Of a stretch of DNA of 64,000 bases, positions 9,176-18,600 are shown one piece after another. A program made the translations under genes and the position numbers. This DNA is from a virus: positions 32,001 to 96,000 of the IMG/VR virus record IMGVR_UViG_3300050343_000199, one strand, 5' to 3'. The notes beneath the pieces were generated by a model. It searched no databases. It saw only the letters and a program-made list of their open reading frames with translations, and had not been told where the DNA came from. Position 1 is the stretch's first letter. Every line of letters starts with the position of its first letter.

Positions 9176-11326
9176 TTATTCTCCGATCTGTAGTGCTGTT
9201 AGTGTTACGGTAACCGTGGATGCGGATCCACTTCTATTTGTTACTGAAAGATAAATTGTAGTTGTTCTAGGACTATCATTATTGAATCCCATAATACCAG
9301 GAGTAATTAATATAGATTCTGCTGTAGTAGTTCTTACTTCAGCAATAACACCACTACCAGGAGAAGGATCTGCTCCCTCACTTCTAGTTTGATCAGCATC
9401 TCTGGAAGCATCATCAGTATATACTCTGACCCATGCTGCAGCGTCAACTTCAATCTTAAATAATGAATACGCTTTGTAACCTGTAATATTTAGTTCTGCG
9501 GTTGCGTCATCAGCGAGTGATGATGTAGTACCTGTAAGATCTTGAATCTGTGGTACGCTAGAACCGCCTGTAGCAGTGAGAACACCTGCAGCATCAATAG
9601 ATAAACCAGAACCAATTTTAATACCACCCAGTGTTCCTGCTGCAGCGATTGGCAGTGTATAACCACCAGCAACAGCAGAGATATTTCCACTACCATCTAC
9701 TGTAATAGTAGTACCATCAGGAATTACACCACCAAGTGATGATGCTGATGCTGCTGGTAATGTATATGCAGATGGAATAGATGGTTTGTTAAGGATCTGT
9801 GCTAATCCAGAAGTAGCATCCCAATCTGATTGAACTGGAGCAATGCTATTAATCGTAACTTTTTTATTAGCACTATCCCAAGTAATATCAGTTCCATTGC
9901 TTCCCGTAAATTCAATGGTGTCATCATTATTAGCAGCATCACGCAATGTAAGAATTGCATTGTTGCTGGTTGTATTTGAACCAAGTAAATCGTAGGTAGT
10001 GCCTCCACCACCTCCACCACCAGTTACTACAGCATCAATACTATTATTATTGTCATCATATGTAAAAGTAATACCAGTATGAGTTCCATTACTGAATAAC
10101 AGTGCTGCAGCATCTTGTGCATCTTCTGTTGTATATGATCCACCACTAGCACCAGATGGTGCTCTGAAGGTGAGTGTGTTAGCATCGGTTCGTTCTACAA
10201 GTAGACCGTCAGCACCAGCAAATGTAATCTCATCAGTAGTTCCAGCATTATCAGTTAAAGTAAGTTTAGAACTTGCTGCTCCTGCCGCAGTTTCTGCAGA
10301 AATAGAATATGTAGAGTTTGCAATGTCTGCAGTCAAATCAATCTGAATCTCATCACTAGAATCGCTAATTGCTAGTCCAGTTCCTGCGACTAAAACAATT
10401 TGATCTGTAGTACCGCTAGAATCTTCAAGACGAATTATTTTTCTTGCAAGATTCTCTGCCGTAGTTCCTGTAGTAAAATCAACAACGTTAATATTATAAG
10501 TAAGTTGAGTATTACCTAGAAGTGTTGCAAAATCTGAAGATGTGGTACTATTTGTAGTTACTAATCTTTGACTGGTCCAACTTACTCCATTGGAGTAATA
10601 CATTATTCCCGTATCATCTGCATATGCAAATTTACTTTCCGAATCTGCTACTGCAGGGAATGATGCTACATCAGCATATAGAATTGATGGAGATCCTCCT
10701 CCACCGCCACCAGTAATTCCTCCTGCCGGAGATGCGTCAACCCATTGATTACTATCAGAATCTGAAAAATATACTTTTAATGTCCCACTATCACTCTTCC
10801 ACCACAAATCGCCATTAACCGGATTTGCGGGAGGTACATCTGCTGTTAATACTTTTGCACTAGTAGCGGATGCAGAGGTAGGACTAGCATCTACCCATTG
10901 ATTTGTATCCCCATCTTCATAATAAACTTTTAATACACCACTATCACTCTTCCACCAAAGTTCACCATTAGATGGATTTCCCGGTTGATTATCTGAAATT
11001 GCAATAGTGGACTTTAATAAGTACCCTGCTTGAGCATGATTACCCCACAAGAATGCACTGTCCCAGTTGGCAATTCTTAAATGCGTTACTGAATAAGCAG
11101 GAGATGCTGAAAATATAGGATCACTTTCTTGAAAAGTTGAGGTAAACTGATATGCAGAATTCCAATCACTAATATTTTGTGTAGTTACAGCCGAAGCTGC
11201 AGATGCTGTAAATATTGGATCAGTTTCCGAACCAATAGAAAGTGCGTGCAGATCAGCAGCGAGTAAGTTAATCTCTTGTCTTTGCTGTTCCAGACTAAAA
11301 GTTTTAGCTACATTCCTTAATACCAT
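9176..11326 (-). CDS. Tail fibre-like protein (716 aa)
   Basis: MVLRNVAK..SLEQQR N-terminus shared with 11364..15449; two GDLWWKSDSG repeats; TLPxAxxxxLGG fibre repeats; conserved C-terminal AAWVRVYTD...GSGVIAEV domain. Confidence 0.75.
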   Translation of the reverse strand: MVLRNVAKTFSLEQQRQEINLLAADLHALSIGSETDPIFTASAASAVTTQNISDWNSAYQFTSTFQESDPIFSASPAYSVTHLRIANWDSAFLWGNHAQAGYLLKSTIAISDNQPGNPSNGELWWKSDSGVLKVYYEDGDTNQWVDASPTSASATSAKVLTADVPPANPVNGDLWWKSDSGTLKVYFSDSDSNQWVDASPAGGITGGGGGGSPSILYADVASFPAVADSESKFAYADDTGIMYYSNGVSWTSQRLVTTNSTTSSDFATLLGNTQLTYNINVVDFTTGTTAENLARKIIRLEDSSGTTDQIVLVAGTGLAISDSSDEIQIDLTADIANSTYSISAETAAGAASSKLTLTDNAGTTDEITFAGADGLLVERTDANTLTFRAPSGASGGSYTTEDAQDAAALLFSNGTHTGITFTYDDNNNSIDAVVTGGGGGGGTTYDLLGSNTTSNNAILTLRDAANNDDTIEFTGSNGTDITWDSANKKVTINSIAPVQSDWDATSGLAQILNKPSIPSAYTLPAASASSLGGVIPDGTTITVDGSGNISAVAGGYTLPIAAAGTLGGIKIGSGLSIDAAGVLTATGGSSVPQIQDLTGTTSSLADDATAELNITGYKAYSLFKIEVDAAAWVRVYTDDASRDADQTRSEGADPSPGSGVIAEVRTTTAESILITPGIMGFNNDSPRTTTIYLSVTNRSGSASTVTVTLTALQIGE

Positions 11327-11357
11327 TGATATTACGCTACTGGGACAGTCTTTTGAT

Positions 11358-11365
11358 TATTTATC
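11358..11365 (-). promoter_or_regulatory. T4-type late promoter GATAAATA
   Basis: 31 nt upstream of ATG 11326. Confidence 0.7.
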
Positions 11366-14300
11366 ATACCTTCATAATGTATGCCAATGCATAATATGGA
11401 GGTCTATTTTCGTGTGCAGTTCCATTTCCAGTAGATCCAGTATCACCACTTCCACCATCATCAATAACTCCCGAAGCTTGATTTGTACCTGGTGAAGAAG
11501 TACCAGTTGAACCACTAGAACCTCCAGTTTCTCCTGGACCACCCTGATTAGTTTGACCACTAATAGACACATTAACTGAGTGTAAGTGAGTTGTGTCTGT
11601 TGCTGCTCCCGTATTCCTTGGGGAGTAATCACCTGTATAATTAGTTCCAAGTGCCAGACCAGAACCAGTTCCTACAGTTCCGGTAATAGCATGTGTATGA
11701 GGAACTGCTGTGTTACCAGTATTACCGGTAGCACTACCACTAAAGTTATGCCAATGATCTCCAACACTATGAGTATGATTTCCGATATTATGAGAATGAC
11801 TATCTACACTATGACCATGATTTCCGATATTATGAGTATGGGCAGAAATAGTATGAGTATGTGAAGGTAAATCTGACGTTGTTAGAACTACACTTTCACT
11901 ACCACCAGTATCTCCAGTACTGTAAGTTCCTCCAGAACCTACAATAAACATTCCTCTTAAATCTGGAGTAGCACTACTTCCAACCGTTTGACCATTACAT
12001 AATGCCCAACCAGATGGAATGCTACTTGCAGAACCAGACCACATCACAATAATTCCATTTGGAATTGATGCACCTCCACCTTGAGTCAAGGAAGTAATTT
12101 GTCCTTGACCGTTTACTACAATTTGGTCTGGATTATTATACGTACCTGCTACAACACCAGTATCTGCTAATTCTATAGTCCCACTAGATGTAATAGGACC
12201 GCCACTAATTCCTGTTCCTGTGTCTATCTGAGTAACTGTTCCACTACCACCACTACTACTTCCTCCTGCACTATCAATAGTAAATCCAGCTGAAGATACA
12301 TTACTAAATGTAATATTATTTCCAGCATTCATTACTATACTAGTAGTACCTGACGCACCACCCGAAACTGGAATGGAAAGAAAATTCAATTGAACAGATG
12401 TAGATCCTCCAATCAACTGTTGCGAATAATTATTAGTGCTGTATCCTGCTTGAGAATGATCACCCCATCCATATGCAGTATCCCATTCAGTTGCATTTGC
12501 AATTTGAGATTCATTTGCTAATGGAACCCAAGCACCTGCATGTGCAAAATATCCTTTACCAGTTCCATGTACATGAGCAAACATGCCATGATAAGATGAT
12601 GCACTCGGAAGATCTCCAGTAGTGGAGAATACGTTCGCAAAATATACTTTACCAGTTGTATTAATATCCCTAGTTGTTGTTGCACCTCTAGAAAGAACAG
12701 TATCTAGAGTATCAGATTCTGTACCTCCACTGCCACCACCACTACTACCGCCATATACTGCAGTTGGAGTCAGTAATAATCCGTTTGATTTAACACCGGA
12801 AATTGAAATATTTAAATTGGTAGTTGTAGTTGAAACTTTAAAACTACCAGCAGTCCCAGAAGTAAGAGTAACCCAACCACCAGTAGATCCTACCGCTCCA
12901 CTTACATCCGGAGTAACAGTTACACCATCTACTTCATACGTGTAATTTGCAGTATCTGCATATCTAACAAAAATTTCTACAGGACCATTAAGTATGGGGA
13001 GATTTGCACCATTAGCAGTATTATCCCATCCTATGTAATCTGCACTTGTAGTTTCTACTTTTGACCAACTAGTCAAATTTCCATCAAACATTTGATCTGA
13101 AAGGTCGCTAGAATACCATCCAGAAAATACTACACCATCTGCCCACTGATATGTTGTTCCTGAACTACTACCGCCACTAGATTGTGCTACCCATGCATAA
13201 TCAGATCCATTCCAACTTAATACATGACCATTAGTTGGAGAAGATGTTACATTTAAATGTGAGTCAACATCAGAATTTGTATATGCTGCAGGGATATTAG
13301 TTAGATCATTATAACTTCCAGAAAATAATGTGGGTTTATCAGTTAAATCATTATAGCTTCCAGAGAATGTAGAGTATCCTGAAAGGTCTGGAGGTGTATA
13401 TGAAAATAATCCTGTGGTATTATTGTATGATAAATCTGCCGTACCTACTGAAAGTATATTGACTGATAAATCATCTAGTTCAATAGGATTACCAGAACTG
13501 CCACCAGAAGCAGTTGTACAGTATATAAAACATAATGAATAATACGGAGGGAGATTTGTACCGACAGCAGATATACCTTCAGATCCGGTATTACCACTAA
13601 GACTTACATTAACACTAACATTATGACTATGACTTAGATTTGAACTATTTGTACTTCCAGTTATGCTTACATTATGTGAGTGTGATCCTGCATCAGAAGT
13701 ATCTGCACTTTTATTTCCACCACCATTACCTTGAGGATTATCTAATGCATCAGCATTACTACCACTCTGTACTGACCATGTATTAGCACCCCATCTATGA
13801 TCGTGACTTCCGGTGTTATTTGTACTACCAGAACCAGAAACATTATGAGAGTGATTACTTAATTGACTATTAGTAGTACCGTTTGAAGTACCACTACCAG
13901 ACCAAGTATGTGTATGAGATGGTAAAGCAGAATCTTTACTACCACCAGTATCTCCTACTGGATAAGTACTACCAGCACCTATAACAAATCTATCTCTTAA
14001 ATCTGGAGAATTGCCGCTGCCATCACAAAGTTGCCATCCAGTGGGAATATCAACGATAGCCCCAGACCACATCATAATAGACCCTACGGCGACATTACCG
14101 CCACCACCTGATGAACTAGATGACGTTCCGCTATTTTGGTCAGCACCTAGTTCCCATCTACTATTTGTACCATTATATTTAAGAACCGCTCCATCATTAG
14201 GAGTTCCTGAAATTAATACATCAATTAAATCATTTAATGACGAAGGGATTGTCGGTTTATTAGTTAAATCTACGTAACTTCCAGAAAATAATGTAGGTTT

Positions 14301-15449
14301 ATCAGTTAGATCATTATAACTTTCAGAAAATAATGTAGGTTTATCAGTTAGATCATTATAACTTTCTGAGAATAATGTAGGTTGATTAGTTAAATCTGTA
14401 TAACTTCCGGAAAATAATGTGGGTTGATTAGTTAAATCTGTATAACTTCCAGAAAATGTAGAGTATCCCGAAAGATCTGGAGGTGTATAGCTGAATACAC
14501 CAGTAGTATTATTATAAGTTAAAGTTGATGTACCTACCGAAAGCACATTAACTGACATATCTGATAGCGCAATACCAGTACCAGTTGAAGTCAGATCAGC
14601 AGCGGGTGACCATTCCGTACCATCCCATTTTAGTATTTGACCAATTGATGGAGATGTAGAATTTACATCAGTTAGATCTGATACTGAGAATGTAGGTTTG
14701 TCAGTTAAATCATTATAGCTTCCAGAGAATGTAGAGTATCCTGAAAGGTCTGGAGGTGTGTAACTGAATACACCACTAGTATTATCGTATATTAAACTTG
14801 CAGTGCCAGGAGATAAAGAAGTTACAGTAATATCTGTTAATGCAATTCCACCACCCGATGAAGCAACTGTTCCTGCTATCCAAGTGCTACTAGGAGCATT
14901 CCAAATAAGTGCTTGACCAGTAGTAACTCCTGTGGTATCAACATCAGTAATATCATTTAATGCAAATGCAACCGAAGTTAAATATCCAGATGTTGAGTGA
15001 TCTCCCCAACCATATGCAGTATCCCAGTTAGAAGAGTTTACTACTGCTGTATTAAGATCAGATGTTGTTGCATAACCTTGAGTAGAATGATCTCCCCATC
15101 CGTATGCTGTATCCCAATTAGTTATCTTAGTATTAGTTACATTTACTGCAGCAGAAGCACTGTATACGGGATCAGTTTCTACTGCATTATTAGTAAATGT
15201 TATTTGACCACCGGATAATCCAATTGATAAACCAGTTCCTGCAACTAATACAATATCAGCATTAATGCCATCAGAACCCGTAAGTCTAATTATTTTCCTG
15301 TCTAGTCCACTACCATCAACAGGGTTCATGGTATAAGTAGTAGGTGCTACTGCTCCCTGCGATAGAGCATGCACATCAGAAGCAAGTGCATTAATTTCTA
15401 GTCTTTGTTGTTCTAGACTAAAAGATTTAGCTACGTTTCTAAGAACCAT
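11364..15449 (-). CDS. Long tail fibre protein with two tail-collar domains and HxH-rich segments (1361 aa)
   Basis: Two collar motifs (VGSIMMWSG..IPTGWQLCDG..SPDLRDRFVIGAG; GIIVMWSG..IPSGWALCNG..TPDLRGMFIVG), each closed by PPYYxLxxI; 13 HxH motifs; FSGSYxDLTxxPT repeats. Confidence 0.85.
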   Translation of the reverse strand: MVLRNVAKSFSLEQQRLEINALASDVHALSQGAVAPTTYTMNPVDGSGLDRKIIRLTGSDGINADIVLVAGTGLSIGLSGGQITFTNNAVETDPVYSASAAVNVTNTKITNWDTAYGWGDHSTQGYATTSDLNTAVVNSSNWDTAYGWGDHSTSGYLTSVAFALNDITDVDTTGVTTGQALIWNAPSSTWIAGTVASSGGGIALTDITVTSLSPGTASLIYDNTSGVFSYTPPDLSGYSTFSGSYNDLTDKPTFSVSDLTDVNSTSPSIGQILKWDGTEWSPAADLTSTGTGIALSDMSVNVLSVGTSTLTYNNTTGVFSYTPPDLSGYSTFSGSYTDLTNQPTLFSGSYTDLTNQPTLFSESYNDLTDKPTLFSESYNDLTDKPTLFSGSYVDLTNKPTIPSSLNDLIDVLISGTPNDGAVLKYNGTNSRWELGADQNSGTSSSSSGGGGNVAVGSIMMWSGAIVDIPTGWQLCDGSGNSPDLRDRFVIGAGSTYPVGDTGGSKDSALPSHTHTWSGSGTSNGTTNSQLSNHSHNVSGSGSTNNTGSHDHRWGANTWSVQSGSNADALDNPQGNGGGNKSADTSDAGSHSHNVSITGSTNSSNLSHSHNVSVNVSLSGNTGSEGISAVGTNLPPYYSLCFIYCTTASGGSSGNPIELDDLSVNILSVGTADLSYNNTTGLFSYTPPDLSGYSTFSGSYNDLTDKPTLFSGSYNDLTNIPAAYTNSDVDSHLNVTSSPTNGHVLSWNGSDYAWVAQSSGGSSSGTTYQWADGVVFSGWYSSDLSDQMFDGNLTSWSKVETTSADYIGWDNTANGANLPILNGPVEIFVRYADTANYTYEVDGVTVTPDVSGAVGSTGGWVTLTSGTAGSFKVSTTTTNLNISISGVKSNGLLLTPTAVYGGSSGGGSGGTESDTLDTVLSRGATTTRDINTTGKVYFANVFSTTGDLPSASSYHGMFAHVHGTGKGYFAHAGAWVPLANESQIANATEWDTAYGWGDHSQAGYSTNNYSQQLIGGSTSVQLNFLSIPVSGGASGTTSIVMNAGNNITFSNVSSAGFTIDSAGGSSSGGSGTVTQIDTGTGISGGPITSSGTIELADTGVVAGTYNNPDQIVVNGQGQITSLTQGGGASIPNGIIVMWSGSASSIPSGWALCNGQTVGSSATPDLRGMFIVGSGGTYSTGDTGGSESVVLTTSDLPSHTHTISAHTHNIGNHGHSVDSHSHNIGNHTHSVGDHWHNFSGSATGNTGNTAVPHTHAITGTVGTGSGLALGTNYTGDYSPRNTGAATDTTHLHSVNVSISGQTNQGGPGETGGSSGSTGTSSPGTNQASGVIDDGGSGDTGSTGNGTAHENRPPYYALAYIMKV
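13339..13397. repeat. 59-bp perfect direct repeat, copy 1 (copy 2 at 14701..14759)
   Basis: tcagttaaatcattatagcttccagagaatgtagagtatcctgaaaggtctggaggtgt identical at both sites. Confidence 0.85.
14250..14456. repeat. Coding tandem repeat, ~5 x 42 nt (FSGSYxDLTxxPTL)
   Basis: Five consecutive 14-aa units in the translation; adjacent units near-identical in DNA. Confidence 0.9.
14701..14759. repeat. 59-bp perfect direct repeat, copy 2
   Basis: Identical to 13339..13397. Confidence 0.85.
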
Positions 15450-15648
15450 TGGACTTCAGCAACTGGTGCAGTAGGGATTTAATTTCACCGACCTCATTTT
15501 TCACATAGTCTAATTCTTGTTCCATATTACGAAACTTACTTCTAGACTTTTTATATTTTTCAAAGGAAGATCTGTCAGTATTTATGATCGCACCTGTATC
15601 AGAATCACGATACAGGTGATCTTCGTTTTTAACTTTTATGTGTTTCAT
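15439..15648 (-). CDS. Conserved T4-like cyanophage hypothetical protein (coiled coil)
   Basis: 69 aa; LYRDxxTGAIINTD motif followed by heptad E.GEIKSLL; typical position after the VrlC-like gene. Confidence 0.85.
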   Translation of the reverse strand: MKHIKVKNEDHLYRDSDTGAIINTDRSSFEKYKKSRSKFRNMEQELDYVKNEVGEIKSLLHQLLKSNGS

Positions 15649-15649
15649 T

Positions 15650-18600
15650 TTAATAAGAAGCTACTGCTCTCAAGTCTTGAACTTTAGGAACATATGCTGG
15701 ATTACTAGACTTCATTACGATCTTGATAGCGAATGAAGAAAACTCAGGGAGATCTTCAATACTATATGATAACTCTTGATATGAATCTTGTTTTTCTGAA
15801 ATACTACTAATAGAATTTTCTGAAGATGCAATTACATCTACATCAGGATTTCCAGTTTCATTGAAATATACCCATTCAATATCATCAAAATTTTCTTGAG
15901 AAGAAGATTTTTTAATTCTATAAAGAATTTTGATATTTTCAATGTCAGACACATTTACAGTAGTCTTAACATCAATTGATGTTCCCGGATTTTCAATGGC
16001 AATTTCTTTAGTTACATATTTGGCAACACTAGAACTATTTTTTGATTGAGTATCAGAAACATAATCCGTACCATTTGAATATGTAATTTTGGAAATTTCA
16101 ATGAAATTATATTCGTCATTTGGTTGATCTTGATATGATAAAATATCTCCAACTCTAAAGATGTCTTCATTTTGAGCATCAACTGAGGCATTTCTTGTAA
16201 ATGCTGCAGAGTCAATAATCTTTCCTGTGTAATCATCAGAAATTGGTTGTTTATCATTGACTACGGTTAATTTACCGGATTTCTCATTCCATAAAACAAT
16301 TTTTCCTGTAATTTTATTGTCATAAGTATCAGCAAGAACTGATGGGTTTCTTGCTGTTACATATGTTGGAGGAACAATTATATTAGGAATTTGGAATACT
16401 TCTTTAGATGCACCCGACAAAGCTACTGTAGTAGTTCCGGCAAAAGTTTGATTTGAAAAACTTAATTGTTCACCTGGAGTAAATGCATTAGTAGTTTTTA
16501 ACTTGACATATACTGTAGTACCAGTAACTTTAATAATTTCACCGGATGCATTGGTTGTTGATCCAGCAATAGTCTGATTTGGTTGAATAATTTCTGTAGT
16601 GGTATCAATTCCAGAAACAATAAAATTATATACTGGATAAAATTCTAAGATTTGATTTTTTCTTCCAAATCTATCTTCAGAACCTGTCGCATTTTCTACT
16701 TTGTTTGTAATAGTTTTGACGGTGGAACGAGATAGATCTATGATAGGTGATAGATGAGAAACAGAACTTGAAAGATCCATTTTATATGTAAGAGACCTAT
16801 CTAGATTATTAATAGTTTGATTTACTCTTGAAGCAATTAACTTCTGATTGATAAAGAATATATCTTCATTCAAAAATGTTTTTTCATAACCAGTTTGACT
16901 ATATGAAGTAAATGTATTAACGTTATCATCTACTGGAGAAACATTGGTTGTTTGTACAAAACTGGTAACTTCTGTACTTCCAAAAGATAAGAAAGGAACT
17001 ACTGCATGTAACTTTTCAAATTTTCTGTTATATGATGCTAAGATGGAATCTCCTCCACCAAAAGCATTTGACGAAGATCTACTACTAGAGAAAATGTTAT
17101 AGTAATCTATACCCGTATTATGAACTTGATATAGTCTACTATTAATTTGTGAAGCAGCAACTCCACCAACATCTAAACAATTTTTAAAGAATACATATGA
17201 TTTTTTATCGGAATCAAATCCATTATCCGGATGATTTATTTTAAGAATGAAATTATTATTCTTAAACAGAGTTGATGTAGCAGAAGTATTTGATTCTGCA
17301 TTAGATTCAACACTATTAATTTCTAATTTTTCATATCCCAAATCTTCATTTGTAAGTAATAAGGATGCGGTTCTTGAAGTATCAAATTCTGCACGGTTAA
17401 GTTTAAACTTAACATCTTCAAATAAATCTTCAACCCAATTATTAGTATTTTGAGATTTGAATAATGATCCTAAAGCAGGTTGAGTTGTTACTGTAGTACT
17501 AGTAGCAATTTCAGTTTCACCTAACTTAGACGCCCAGATAAGATAATCTGTAGAATCTGTTTCTACAACCATAGAGTATTCAGTATCTGACTCTAGATAT
17601 ACAGGATAATCAAACTTAAAGTTTGTTGGAGTAGTTGATTCAGTTACTCCATCTTCATCAATAGCAATACCCATACGAACTGCAGGACTATCAATAGTAA
17701 TAAATGACTCAATTTCAGCACCAGCATTACCAGTTCCAGTTCCACCAATAATAACTGCAGGAGGTTCGGTGTATTCTGATCCGGGAAGTACAATTTCAGT
17801 GTGGTAAACTTTACCGTCAGAAACTCTAACTGTAGCAGTTGAATTACCACCACCAGGCAATTGAGGACTTTCAATAGTTAAGATTGCAGAATCGTAATCT
17901 GACCCAGTGTTCTTAACTTTTAAGTCTGTAACTCTTCCGGAATCTTTAGTAATTTTTAAAGATGATGTTTTGTTATTTGCATTATTAGATTCCGTTATAG
18001 ATGGAACTTCTAGAAGTTCATCTGGTTTAAACAATTTACCATTGTGATTACTTAATACTAATGTATAAACTTGGTCATTAGTTAACGTAAATATTCCTGT
18101 TGTTGAAGCATTAACTGCGGTATTATTTTTGTCAAATACTTTTGAAATAGGACCAGATGCATTGGAAGAAGATCCAACTACCTTCTCATCTTTAGTTATG
18201 GTTAAGGTTTCACTAGCAAAAACTCTCAAATAAGTTTCTGGATTTAGAATTTTTTGAGTTCCGGGAATAATATTCTTTCCTGGTTTACCACTTTGAGTAT
18301 CAGTCAAATAGACTCTCAGTGGAATAGTACTACTCTTTGCAGAGAAGAATAGATCTACACTAGTTACAAATACACCACCTTCAAATCCTTCTACGTTAAA
18401 TGTTTGGGCAAGTGGATTTGGTTTGATTGGATTTTCGGTATTACTATCAGTAACTTGAATTCCTTCGTTTGATTTAAAGAATGCAGGAGTAGTTGATATA
18501 ATTGAAGATGGATTTTCTGGAAGAAGACCCGTTGCATAAAACTTAACTTCTGCGTATGAATCTACTTCATCTTTAGGTGCATCAGTAGAACTAGATGTAA

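Noticed and set aside
14250-14456. 42-nt tandem repeat as CRISPR
   Set aside because: No unique spacers; it is an in-frame 14-aa fibre repeat.
856-15449. Diversity-generating retroelement or invertible shufflon acting on the fibres
   Set aside because: No reverse transcriptase, no TR/VR pair with adenine-specific mismatches, no recombinase, and no inverted crossover sites in this window.
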